Below are positions 1 through 11,300 of a stretch of 60,000 nucleotides of DNA, one piece after another; the first letter of the stretch is position 1; every line of letters starts with the position of its first letter. A model generated the notes under the pieces. It was given only the letters and a program-made list of their open reading frames with translations, was not told where the DNA came from and made no database searches. This DNA is from Squalus acanthias (Eukaryota), in contig CM059432.1 in the NCBI GenBank assembly GCA_030390025.1, positions 103,542,001-103,602,000 on the forward strand, given 5' to 3'. Both the position numbers and the translations under genes were made by a program.

Positions 1-236
1 AGGCCACCGGGAGCTCGGGGTCCCCCTTACGGACTGAACGGAGGTGTTCCGCAAAGCGGTCACCCAATCTGCGTTTGGTCTCCCCAATGTAGAGGAGTCC
101 ACATCGTGAGCAGCGAATACAGTATACTAAATTGCAGGAAGTACAAGTAAATCGCTGTTTCACCTGGAAGGGGTGTTTGGGGCCCTGGACAGTGGGAAGA
201 GGGGAGGTATAAGGGCATGTGTTGCATCTCCTGCGT

Positions 237-776
237 GATCCCACCACCAAACACATCTTCCCCTCACCTCCCCTTTCAGCATTCCGTAGGGACCGCTCCC
301 TCCGCGACACCCTAGTCCACTCCTCTACCACCCCCAGCACCCCTTCCCCTTCGCCCGGCACCTTCCCGTGCACGCGCAGGAGATGCAACACATGCCCTTA
401 TACCTCCCCTCTTCCCACTGTCCAGGGCCCCAAACACCCCTTCCAGGTGAAACAGCGATTTACTTGTACTTCCTGCAATTTAGTATACTGTATTCGCTGC
501 TCACGATGTGGACTCCTCTACATTGGGGAGACCAAACGCAGATTGGGTGACCGCTTTGCGGAACACCTCCGTTCAGTCCGTAAGGGGGACCCCGAGCTCC
601 CGGTGGCCTGTCACTTTAATTCACCGCTTCACTCCCACTCGGACCTCACCGTCCTCGGCCTATTACACTGTTCCACGGAAGCTCAGCGAAAGCTCGAGGA
701 ACAGCACCTCATCTTTCGTTTAGGCACGCTACAGCCCTCTGGACTCAATATCGAGTTCAACAATTTTAGATCATAA
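237..776 (+). pseudogene. 5'-truncated Penelope-like ORF: Cys-rich linker plus GIY-YIG (Uri) endonuclease domain
   Basis: Uninterrupted frame with CTRRRCNTC, NLVYCIRCSRCGLLYIGETKRRLGDRFAEH, VACHFN and C-terminal LGTLQPSGLN motifs typical of PLE endonucleases; RT domain absent; the nominal start at 219 lies in the inverted arm. Confidence 0.92.
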
Positions 777-1042
777 CCTCAGCTCCAATCACATTTATAT
801 TTTATTTTATCCACCCTTTTATTTGTCCCCCCCACCTTTTTTTTCCTCCTAGAAGCTGGCAGCTGTCCTTCATTCTGCCAGTGGATTTCACACTTCATTC
901 AGCCTTAATCTGTCACATTAACACCACCTCTAGCCTTGCATATCTCTTAATGTCTCTTCATCTCTCCTTTTGTTCCTTTATCCCCTCCCCCTTTTCCCAG
1001 CTTTACCCTGGCCTTAAATCTATTCGATTTCCGGCTCTTCCC

Positions 1043-1079
1043 AGTTCTGATGAAAGGTCATCGACCTGAAACGTTAACT
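1043..1079 (+). ncRNA. Minimal type I hammerhead ribozyme motif (PLE-associated)
   Basis: Stem I AGUU 1043-1046 / AACU 1076-1079; core CUGAUGA 1047-1053 plus one extra A; stem II AGGUC-AUC-GACCU 1055-1067; GAAA 1068-1071; palindromic AACGUU as stem III; predicted GUU cleavage triplet 1073-1075. Confidence 0.8.
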
Positions 1080-1294
1080 CTCTTTCTCTCTCCACGGATG
1101 CTGCCTGGCCTGCTGAGTTTTTCCAGCGTTTTCTGTTGTTATGTTGGTTTCTCATGTTAGGAGAAGCCTGAATGTTCTTTTGAATTCTTGATTGGATTAC
1201 ACTGTGCTGAGCAAATGTGTTAATTGCCTTTTACCTGTGTAACAAAGAGCAGAGTGACTGGTGCTTATAGTTCAATATGACTTGGCGACAAAAG

Positions 1295-1948
1295 ACTTTT
1301 AAACCCTGCCCGCTGGCAGGAACGGAGCAGGCTGGAGGTTAAAATGGCAGTCGGGTGCTACAGCACTGCATTCCCGATGTCTTCGTGCCCATCGCCATTA
1401 CAACTCCTGGGTTTTCACTGCAGGCAGGCAGGGCCCTCGTTAACATTTAAATATCAGCTTGATGTCATTCAGACCCCAACATGATTTTAATTGCCGATCG
1501 TGGCAGTACCGCTCAGTGACGCAGCCACCAGTGAGAGCTGGCAGTAAGTAGGAGCAGGGCCCGAAAAGGCTAACAGAAGTACATTTAAAAACAATTTTTA
1601 GGTTTCCTCGTGTGTCAGTAGGAGCTGGAATGCTCCTCCAGGCTCCACAAGAAAACTTTGGGCCTCCCCTAACGTGGACCTCCTTCCCTCTCCCCCAACC
1701 GCAATCACCTCCGTACCTCCAACACCCCCCCACAATTGTAGGTCCCCAGCAGTGGCTTCCTGCCACCTGAAATCCCACTTCCACCGGCCAGCCACCTTGT
1801 CATTCCCACCAGGTGTGGGCAGGAGTCCACCTTGCATCAATTAAATGAAGCCGAGGAGTTAGACTGGCCCGGGCCCACACTGGCACTCTTATGGGGCGTT
1901 TCCCACCCCCCACACGCTGCACTCTTACCCCAAGTTAAAATCGAGGCT
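1295..1948. mobile_element. Non-autonomous DNA transposon/MITE-like element (probably PIF/Harbinger-derived)
   Basis: GC-rich block in AT-rich background, with degenerate terminal inverted motifs (ttttaaaccc... / ...gttaaaatcgaggc) and internal motifs shared with 23390-23850 and 27200-27262. Confidence 0.45.
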
Positions 1949-2045
1949 AAAGCTGGAGAGAGACGAAAGAGGATTGAAGTAGGTGCTGAACAGGGACCTG
2001 ACTGACAGGGTGAAGCAGACCTCTCATCAGGATGAGCATGGAACT

Positions 2046-2082
2046 TGTTTTTGTAGCTTCTGTTTTTGTAGCTTCTGTTTTT
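2046..2082 (+). repeat. 15-bp tandem repeat (tgtttttgtagcttc) x2.5
   Basis: Read directly from sequence. Confidence 0.9.
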
Positions 2083-3264
2083 AATGTCAGCCCTAGGAAT
2101 AAGGAGCATTTTCACTCGAAACACCTCAAAATTACTGTATTGTTGCTTATGTTGCAGCTCATTTTCCAGGACTGCGGGGGCTCAGTACAAAGTAGCTCTG
2201 AATGGTGAATCAGTAAGCACACAGCTTCTAGACTTTGTCTTGGGGTCTCGAACGGTGGTTACGGTCCCTGCACATATTTAAATATTTAATTACATGGTTT
2301 TTCTATTTTAGTTTCCCAGATGGCGCAGAATTCTGCCTGCCTACCATCCATTTCAATTTCAAGTCCTATCCCATCCTTCCTAGAGATTGTTTTCTTCATT
2401 GTCCTACTAGAATTAGATGGCACAGGTACAAATTTAAACAAAAAATGATTCTGCCCCATTCAGGTCATGAGGAGCAGGTGTTACTTACAGCCACTGTTGG
2501 AGATTAAAATGTAAAATACAGTCCAGCGGACAAACACCACACCATTATTTACAGAGAAAAGCAGGCATGTAATGATTGTTCACTGGTGGAGTATGATGAG
2601 TTCTCACCTCAAGTGTGCATGCATAACAAAGGTAAACATAGTTGGGAAGTGTAACTGTTCCTTTTGTTCAAGGCACTTGTCTACTTGATTATCTACAAAA
2701 CCGGTTAAACACTGTGCCTATCAGTATTAAAGGTCAATCCATCCAAGCGCCTCCTATAAACCAGTTTGTCAATTAAAACTATTTTTACAAGAACAGATGC
2801 ATTTTTAAGTCTACATCCCTATTAACAGAAGTGCCAGGTGGGTTGCTCATTAAAAATCCATATGAGTAAAGGTCATAACTATTTCCACAAAAAGGTAAAA
2901 GTTTAGGAGCCACAAAGGTGATTATTGCACATTCTTTTGCGCACAAGTTTCATCCTCACACCGACGGTGAAATTTTGGCATGAACACCCATGTTATCCAA
3001 AAACAGTGAGGGTCAAGTCATCGGCAAGAAACAGCTACCGCAGTAAAGTGTTGACAAGAAACCAAATAAAACTTTGCGCAAACAAAATTTCTTCAGCCAG
3101 TGTTAACTGCAAGCATAGGCTCGTCCAATGTTAAATGCACACTGGCTAATCTGCGTTAATAGTGCTGAAATCATGTTAATGAGGAGTTACCAGGAGTTAA
3201 TGCGGGGAAAGAAAACAGGCGTAATAATGTTTTTCTTCAGAACTGAATTGGTATACTCGGGTGA

Positions 3265-3655
3265 CTTGAGCACAAAATCTAGGCTGACACTCCAGTGCAG
3301 TACTGAGGGAGTGCTGCACTGTCAGAGGTGCCGTCTTTCAGATGAGACGTTAAACCGAGGCCCCGTCTGTCCTCTCAGGTGGGCGTAAAAGATCCCACGG
3401 CACTATTCTGAAGAAGAGTAGGGGAGTTCATCCCGGTGTTCTGGCCAATATTTATCCCTAAACCAACATCACCAGAACAGATTATCTGGTCATTATCACA
3501 TTGCTGTTTGTGGGAACTTGCTGTGTGCAAATTGGCTGCCACGTTTCCTACATTACAACAGTGACGACACTTCAAAAGTACTTCATTGGCTGTAAAGCGC
3601 TTTGATACATCCTAAGGTCATGAAAAGCACAATATAAATGTAAGTATTTTTCTTT
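3265..3655 (+). mobile_element. SacSINE1/DeuSINE-like SINE, 5'-truncated
   Basis: Core ttgctgtttgtgggaacttgctgtgtgcaaattggctgcc and L2-type tail ...tataaatgtaagt; homologous to copies at 16213, 29306 and 56143. Confidence 0.8.
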
Positions 3656-3904
3656 ATTATATACCACTAAATTCTGCATACTTTCCAATTGGATTTTTTC
3701 ACTTCGAATCAAGATAGAGTAACCTACAATACTCGAAATATACTTGACTGTTGCAAACAGATAAAGATTTTCCTTTCCTGCATTAACTACTGCTAAAATG
3801 TACCAGTAACACGGTGTTAGCACTAAGAAGTGGACACTGGCTAGTACACACATATATTAATATTAATTGTGGTTCATTGGTAAACTCAAGTCCCAAAGAG
3901 AGCA

Positions 3905-4537
3905 GGGGTGGGGGGGAGGGGGGGAGAGAGAGAGAGAAAGAGAGAGCGGGGGGGGGGGGGGGGGGAGGGAGAGAGAGAGAGCGAGGGGGNNNNNNNNNNN
4001 NNNNNNNNNNNNNNNNNNNNNNNNNNNNNNNNNNNNNNNNNNNNNNNNNNNNNNNNNNNNNNNNNNNNNNNNNNNNNNNNNNNNNNNNNNNNNNNNNNNN
4101 NNNNNNNNNNNNNNNNNNNNNNNNNNNNNNNNNNNNNNNNNNNNNNNNNNNNNNNNNNNNNNNNNNNNNNNNNNNNNNNNNNNNNNNNNNNNNNNNNNNN
4201 NNNNNNNNNNNNNNNNNNNNNNNNNNNNNNNNNNNNNNNNNNNNNNNNNNNNNNNNNNNNNNNNNNNNNNNNNNNNNNNNNNNNNNNNNNNNNNNNNNNN
4301 NNNNNNNNNNNNNNNNNNNNNNNNNNNNNNNNNNNNNNNNNNNNNNNNNNNNNNNNNNNNNNNNNNNNNNNNNNNNNNNNNNNNNNNNNNNNNNNNNNNN
4401 NNNNNNNNNNNNNNNNNNNNNNNNNNNNNNNNNNNNNNNNNNNNNNNNNNNNNNNNNNNNNNNNNNNNNNNNNNNNNNNNNNNNNNNNNGGGGGGGGCGC
4501 GAGAGGGAGGGGGAGAGGGGAGAGAGAGGGAGGGGGA
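3905..4537. other. Assembly gap (500 N, 3990-4489) flanked by poly-G/(GA)n low-complexity sequence
   Basis: N run with G/GA-rich flanks read directly. Confidence 0.98.
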
Positions 4538-7500
4538 GCAGAATGTAACTTCATCATCCACCCCCCTCCCAAACCTTCGGCAGATAGCCATGAAGCACTA
4601 TTCTAGTGAGTAAAACCACCACATTACTGGTAAAGGGGAACTGAGAATACTTCTGCCACTTCTGGCAGTGCCCACAAAATATAAGGCAAGGTAAGTATTG
4701 AAAAACAGGAAAAAACATCTTGCGGCTCAATTCTAAGAATCCAACAGGCCCACAAAGCCATGGCAACTGAAATCACTACTCGCCTGGGCAAAACCTATTT
4801 TTAAAAAGTAAGACTACTTTATCCATAATGTCCACCAACTTCAAATTTCCAACTGTATTATTAGGTACAGGAGGTTAGACTAGGAACTTTAATTTCTCAA
4901 TTCACTGCATGTGAAGACCTAAAATCCAGACATCTAAAAGCAGTCACACTGTCAATTAGCAGCAGCCCATTTCAAGGGAAGTCTCTCATGAGTTACTGCT
5001 TCCTGATTGATGTAATCTTAAGCAACGCATGTAATGCCCTGCCCCATAAAACATGCACTAGAGAAAAAGCAGAATTTGTTTTTACCAAAATTCTGAAGGA
5101 AATTTTTTTTTCACAATTATTCCAGAATTTTTTTAATTTTTTTTTTTTAAAGATCTATTGTTGCGTGAGTGGATTTTCACTTCCTCCGTTATGTGGTACC
5201 GTGTGGCCTTGCCTAATCACAGCCTGAAGCAGCAGAATGAGTGTGCATGGAAGTGAAGAAAGAAAGGCTTATTCTCTGCCCAGGAACTACATATATTTCA
5301 GGAAATGAATACATGTTTTTAAAAGTCTTTCCAGCTTCTGAATCAACTGGCCTTAACTGAAACCTCCCTTTTGTTCTAAGGCTTTACTGCCAGTAGCCCT
5401 GGTTATGAAACATGTTGGTACTGTTTTTTTTCCCCCTCCGACATGAATTTACTTTTCAAATCCTTCTATAAAATTAAACTGTTACATTTCGCCATCTGAG
5501 AGTTATCAAAGTTCACATCTCAAATGAAACCATCTGAATTCTGGACTTGTTTTAATTTTCCAGCCAAATACCCCCCTCTCCCACATTCTTCTGGCAGCTT
5601 GCCACAGTGAGTAATAAAGTGCTAAGCAGAAGACAGGAAATACTAGAGAAGTCAAACAATGTTATGACAATGTTTATAACTTTTACAGTCAGGCCTGGCT
5701 GCACATCTGCACAACATTAGGCACTGGTCAGGCCCACAGAGAGGAAACCATTCTTTAGCTGGCAGTGATCCGCTTAAGCCAGATGTTATCACTTTGCCGG
5801 TATCTCTTCAGCAAACAAAAAAAACCATTTTTTTTACATTTCAGAAGAGGAAATGGGAGTCTCTTGTTTTGAAGAAAAAGGAAGATAAATTAATTCTGTT
5901 GTGTAATTGATTTACCACAAGAACTGAAACATGGTCCATACAATAGCTATTTTCTTTGATAATACCGTTGCAGCAAAAAAGCCTTTACGTGCATGGGACA
6001 CAGAACAGCAGGCAGTGGGAGCTTCAAGTACACGAGCCTTAGGAAGTATGGACTGGATTCAGCAGTCTATAAAATTAGTCAATTGACATATATTTACATG
6101 AGAAATATTCCAATAATAACTTGCTGGACAAAGACTAAAAATTCTACCAATCTTAAAGGAATTTACGATACTGATGTCTATCTTAACTGCTTATCCCCGG
6201 AGTGTTATGTCAAATGTAATACAATCACGAGCAGAGTCCAAAATACTATCCAATTTGTGTCCTGATTCAAAAAGCAGCTAGTCAAAAACACTTGCATGCC
6301 AAGAAGGTAAAAGGTTCTTGTAATGAACCTTGATATAATGAAACTCCCTTTGGAGTGAAAATGTTAACAAGTCCTAATGCAGCTGTGGTAATTTGGACAG
6401 CTCCTGATAAACTGAAAGTCTTAGTTTGTCATTTGGCATGTCAAGCATTTTTGTCAAAAGTGACTTGCGAAACCCAATGTACTTGCAACACTTCTAAGGC
6501 TTCTTAAACAAAATCTACTGACTGTAGATAAGACCAAAGATATGGGGTATTCATTGTTTTCAAAGATAAAAATAAAGGATCATTTCAGCTACAAATTAGA
6601 AAAAAATGGCTTTTCCCCCCTCATAAAGAACAATACCCTTTTTTTCCCTCCTGCAAAACTACACTAATCAGATGAATGTGCCTTTTACAGGTCGATTCAA
6701 AACAGATGTTCCCAGAAAGGCAGAAAACTTCAGCCCTCACTGAAACATGTTTAGCCACTATGTGGTTAGTATATTTCTTCTCCGACTCGGGGACTTCTGT
6801 ACCCTGTATCGTGTAACAAAATGCTACCTCAAATGGCAGGTTATGTTGTATATTATTGTTTCATGCCCCCTGGAATCATTTAGTTTACCTTTGAAATTTT
6901 CCTTATAGCACAAATACAATCTATATCACTTCATGCAGGAGATCCTGTCGTTAAGCTGGGTTTTTTTTTTTAAACAGCCATACAAGAAGAAAGTTATAGC
7001 TTGGGAGAGCATTTTGTAGTTTCCAAGTTAGTGAGGGAACTATGAACCACACAGAGACTGGTGAGTGAAGGAGAGGGGAAAACAAATCCAAGGCCAAAGT
7101 CAACCTGCCGTATGCTTGCACCTCCTAATAGCCAGCTCCAGTAACAGGTCATCCACTTGCCTTGTTAGTAGAGAAAATGGCATGCTATTAGGGTGTGGGA
7201 GTGGGGGAGAAAGGGAGGAGACAGGGAACCCCTTTTTGGGCAGCAATAAATAACAATCTACATTCTTACAAAATTTGGACTAGTAAGAAAAGTTGCTCTA
7301 AATGGCAGTTTTTTAAAAAAAGAACACCTAAAATGGGTGGTGCGTGGACGTATTGTGTTGGGAGTTTCAACATGCAATGTCATGGATTGAGGAGTAGCCA
7401 TGACCTCTGCCCACTGTCCGAACACCATAAAGTTACCAATCTGAGCCACACTACTGTAGACAGCTGCTTCGTGAAGGCCTAGCACCTCCCCACAGGAGTG

Positions 7501-7544
7501 AAGAGAAAAAAGAAAGGGAGAGCTTTTACTGCATTACTCCTCAG

Positions 7545-8397
7545 ATAATGAAGCAGTCCATGCCCGCATGCAACAAGACCTGGATGACGTTCAGGCTTGG
7601 GCTGATAAGTGGCAGGTAACATTCGCGCCACAGAAGCGGCAGGCAATGACTATCTCCAACAAGCGAGAGTCTAACCACCTCCACTTGACATTCAATGGCA
7701 TTACCATTGCCGAATCCCCCACCATCAACATCCTGGGGGTCACCATTGACTAGAAACTTAACCTGGACCAGCCACATAAATACTGTGGCAACAAGAGCAG
7801 ATCAGGGGCTAGGTGAGTGTCTCACCTCCTGACTCCCCAAAGCCTTTCCACCATCTACAAGACACAAGTCAGGAGTGTGATGGAATACTCTCCACTTGCC
7901 TGGATGAGTGCAGCTCCAACAACACTCAAGAAGCTCAACACCATCCAGGACAAAGCAGCCCGTTTGATTGGCACCCCATCCACCACCTTAAACATTCACC
8001 CCCTGCACCACTGGTGTACTGTGGCTGCAGTGTGTACCATCTACAAGATGCACTGCAGCAACTCGCCAAGGCTTCTTCGGCAGCACCTCCCAAACCCGCG
8101 ACCTCTTCCACCTAGAAGGACAAGGGCAGCAGGCGCATGGGAACCCCACCACCTCCAAGTTCCCCTCCAAGTCACACACCATCATGACTTAGAAGCATAT
8201 CGCCGATCCTTCATCGTCGCTGGGTCAAAATCCTGGAACTCCCTACCTAACAGCACTGTGGGAGTACCTTCACCACGCGGACTGCAGCGGTTCAAGGCGG
8301 CGGCTCACCACCACCTTCTCAAATGGCAACTAGGGATGGGCAATAAATGTTGGCCTTGCCAGCGACACCCAGATCCCATAAGCAAATTTAAAAAAAA
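7545..8397 (+). mobile_element. 5'-truncated CR1/L2-group LINE (RT C-terminus plus 3'UTR and A-tail)
   Basis: Peptides QQDLDDVQAWADKWQVTFAP, ILGVTID, IYKTQVRSVMEYSPLAW, IQDKAARLI and KSWNSLP; tail ggcaactagggatgggcaataaatg...aaaaaaa; stop and small deletion near 7750-7815. Confidence 0.88.
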
Positions 8398-11300
8398 CTC
8401 ACACATAGCTTCCTCAAGAGCAGCTTAGCTGGAGGATGGGAACAGGAAGCCTCTCTGTGGCTGCCCCCACTTCGCATCCCACACTGGGTGGATGGCCAAA
8501 GGTAATACAATATAATAGGATTAGCCATCCCCGAACCAAATAAAGCTCATTAAATATTAATAACTAATTTGTGACCAAATGTTTTATTTTACATTACTTC
8601 ATAGAACTAAACAGAAATTATAAAAGCAAAGATAGTCATATAAATTTACTACTGTAAAAACTGCAGAACAGAAGCAGACAGCAATGTACCGTAAGCTAAC
8701 ACGCAGTTTGTTTTATTGCATGCAGCAGGGGATGGTTACATCAATGCTGACTGAAACAGGAATCAAGTTTAAAAACTGCTCATATAACCCTACTGGACTA
8801 TCATCCAAGTGGATTTAAACTGTACTTGTATTAGACGGTTGCTGGGACTACAAGACAGAATTCACAAAAGACCACGGGACTGAATATTTGAAACGCAAAA
8901 CATTATACGACACAAATATTTTTAAAATACAATATTAACCACAATTACCTGTCATTTTGCATGTTTATTTACTCCAAAAGTAAAACATTTGTTTGCAATT
9001 TTATCAAAACTTCTGTTGGTTACCGGTCATTCCTAGACAAAATTCCCTACCGAGGTTATGCCCCGACACCAGAGCAGTTTCTTATTATAACAGCGCTGCT
9101 CTGTAACTTATGTGTACACTGCTGCAGAGGAAGAGTACGAGGTACCTTTACTTACAAATCTGACCTGCTACCAAGATGAAAATTCAAACACCTCTTTCAC
9201 ATCAGGAGTTTCATACTCAACTACGTTCGATAAGTGGACCAGATAGTTTTATTAAAAATGCTTCACTGAGCTCAAAATACATTTGAGGAAGTGGGTGGGA
9301 AGAGTGGATAGTTTGCCTTCAATTTGTTTTGTAATTTCTTGCTGGGCATTCACACCTCTAAAAAGAGAAACAGGCATTTATTATTGTTCCAATCCAAACT
9401 CAAGTTGCCAGCAGTTGGAGTTGTAGGAAGTGATGTGACTTCAATCCGACACACAACAGCCAGCAGATGTTTAGCCTTACAACACTGTACAGGGATTCTG
9501 CTTTCTCCCCAAAGCACATTTCACTCTGTTGTGCTATTTACGTCCACCAAGATTGTTTAATTTAGAGAGCGAGAGAGATGAATTGCAGAGAGGAGATTGA
9601 AACAAACCTGAAGTGTGCGCTATAAAATATTAAGCATGTTGCAAATGTTGACTTATTAAGCAGTAAAGACATACCTAAAAATTTACCATTCTAAAGCAAA
9701 AACATGATTTTTAATTTCCTTTTTTAAAACTGTATGCTTTTGCTAACATTCTGACATCATACCATACTTAGAATGCATGTATTTTATCTTTACAAATGCT
9801 AACAATAATTAATTTCCTGATCACATTAAAGAAGCAGCTTTAAAGTAAGCAGAAAATACAATTTTAATATATTATTTAGCTATATTAGTAAAAAGCAGTT
9901 TATTGATACAACTCCAGTGATAAACACACAAATAGTAAACATCAGTATTGATCGTAGGTGCGGTGCCTGTATTCTGCCTATCTAGAAATTGGTGGCAAAT
10001 CCCACTTTTATACGAAGATGCAAGAATTAGATTCAATTTACATGCATTGTGACAGTTTAATATAGATATTGTGCTCAAAAAATACCCCTTTCGCTCACCC
10101 TTCCCACTATGGTCTCAGTTGACAAAAATAAGAGCGTATATTAAATTAATCTGACACCCAAGTCATAGTTTCAAATGTGATTTACATCCTCTGTATATGG
10201 AAGAGCAACTTATAAAAGGATCTAGCTTTACAATAAAGCATTAAATACCAATTCAATGGCATCATTCAGTAGAACTTATTATTTATAGAAAGGGTGATTA
10301 TAGAGTTTCATCTTTCAGACAAAATTTACTTATAAAAATGTTACATTCTTAATTAATTTAAGACAGGCTTTAGAGCTTTAGCATTCCGGTACTGCTGTAC
10401 CTGCATGTGTTTCAACCATCAAAAAGCCTTCTCAAATGTCTATTACTTTTATAAAAATTTTAATATGAAATGTTCTTTTGTATGAAATTTGACAGCAACA
10501 GTAAATCATAAGGGATCTATCATTTGTAAAAATTGTTTGAATATATTCGGGACATTGCTGACAGATAGCAATGCTTAGCTGTGGTTTAATAGTTTGTTTT
10601 AAAAATAACGTTTTACAGATGGATCACAGCAGCTCCTTCCGTTCGTTTCCACTCTTACAGGCTGCAACTTACATTTCTAATTCACACTGGAACACTGCAA
10701 GCATCTTCTCCACTTTATGAGGAAGCCTTGTAATCTGATCATTTTCTACACACAGATGAAAAGTTATAAAATGAATCAATGTTAGTGATAGAATGGCAGC
10801 CAGCAAGCCCAGTATTAAATATGTTGACTCAGCTTTAGTAAATCGGAGAATATGAATGGCAATAGGAAGGATATTTTTTTTTTTTAAAAGAGTAAAAATG
10901 AAGACATGGAAAAAGAAAAGAACAGACTGAGAATACAAGTCTAAGGAGAGAAAATGTAATAATTTCTTCAAAAATGACAAGTCGTGGAATGGATATCAAA
11001 TATTTTGCCTATTTAACTAGCGATGCACCAGAAAATAAGATCAATTTTAAACCAAAACAAAATAAACCATGCAGGAGGAGAGAGAGAAGGGAGGGAACGA
11101 TATTGGTGAAGTTGTCTCTTTAGCCACAAATGGTCATTCTTAAAACAATTATTTTCTGAGGTGATGCACAATAGGGCTAAAAAGGACAGATGGCAAGGTC
11201 AATGAATAACTGTTACTCAGCAAGTTTGAGAACCTGAGGAGGAGGAACATTTTTCATTATAATATTGCTTTCCTGGAAAGAGTTTATGGTCTATAAATTA

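Larger units (their letters stand above)
1..1142. mobile_element. Penelope-like retroelement (Neptune-type) 3' part arranged as an inverted repeat; left arm runs off the window
   Basis: 1-235 is the reverse complement of 375-609 (ORFs 60..254(-) and 368..550(+) give the same peptide); the + arm carries a GIY-YIG ORF, a pyrimidine-rich 3'UTR, a hammerhead motif and the conserved end gatgctgcctggcctgctgag...ccagcgttttctgtt. Confidence 0.92.

Noticed and set aside
60..254. Duplicated 60-aa peptide on both strands (also 368..550)
   Set aside because: Off-frame translation of the PLE inverted repeat, not a gene pair
3814..4613. Long ORFs of 228-248 aa in several frames
   Set aside because: Artefacts of translating through the 500-N gap and its G/GA-rich flanks
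10673..10745. Possible minus-strand exon (tgtgtag acceptor, gtaagt donor; ENDQITRLPHKVEKMLAVFQCELE)
   Set aside because: Peptide not recognised and splice-like motifs of this quality are frequent by chance
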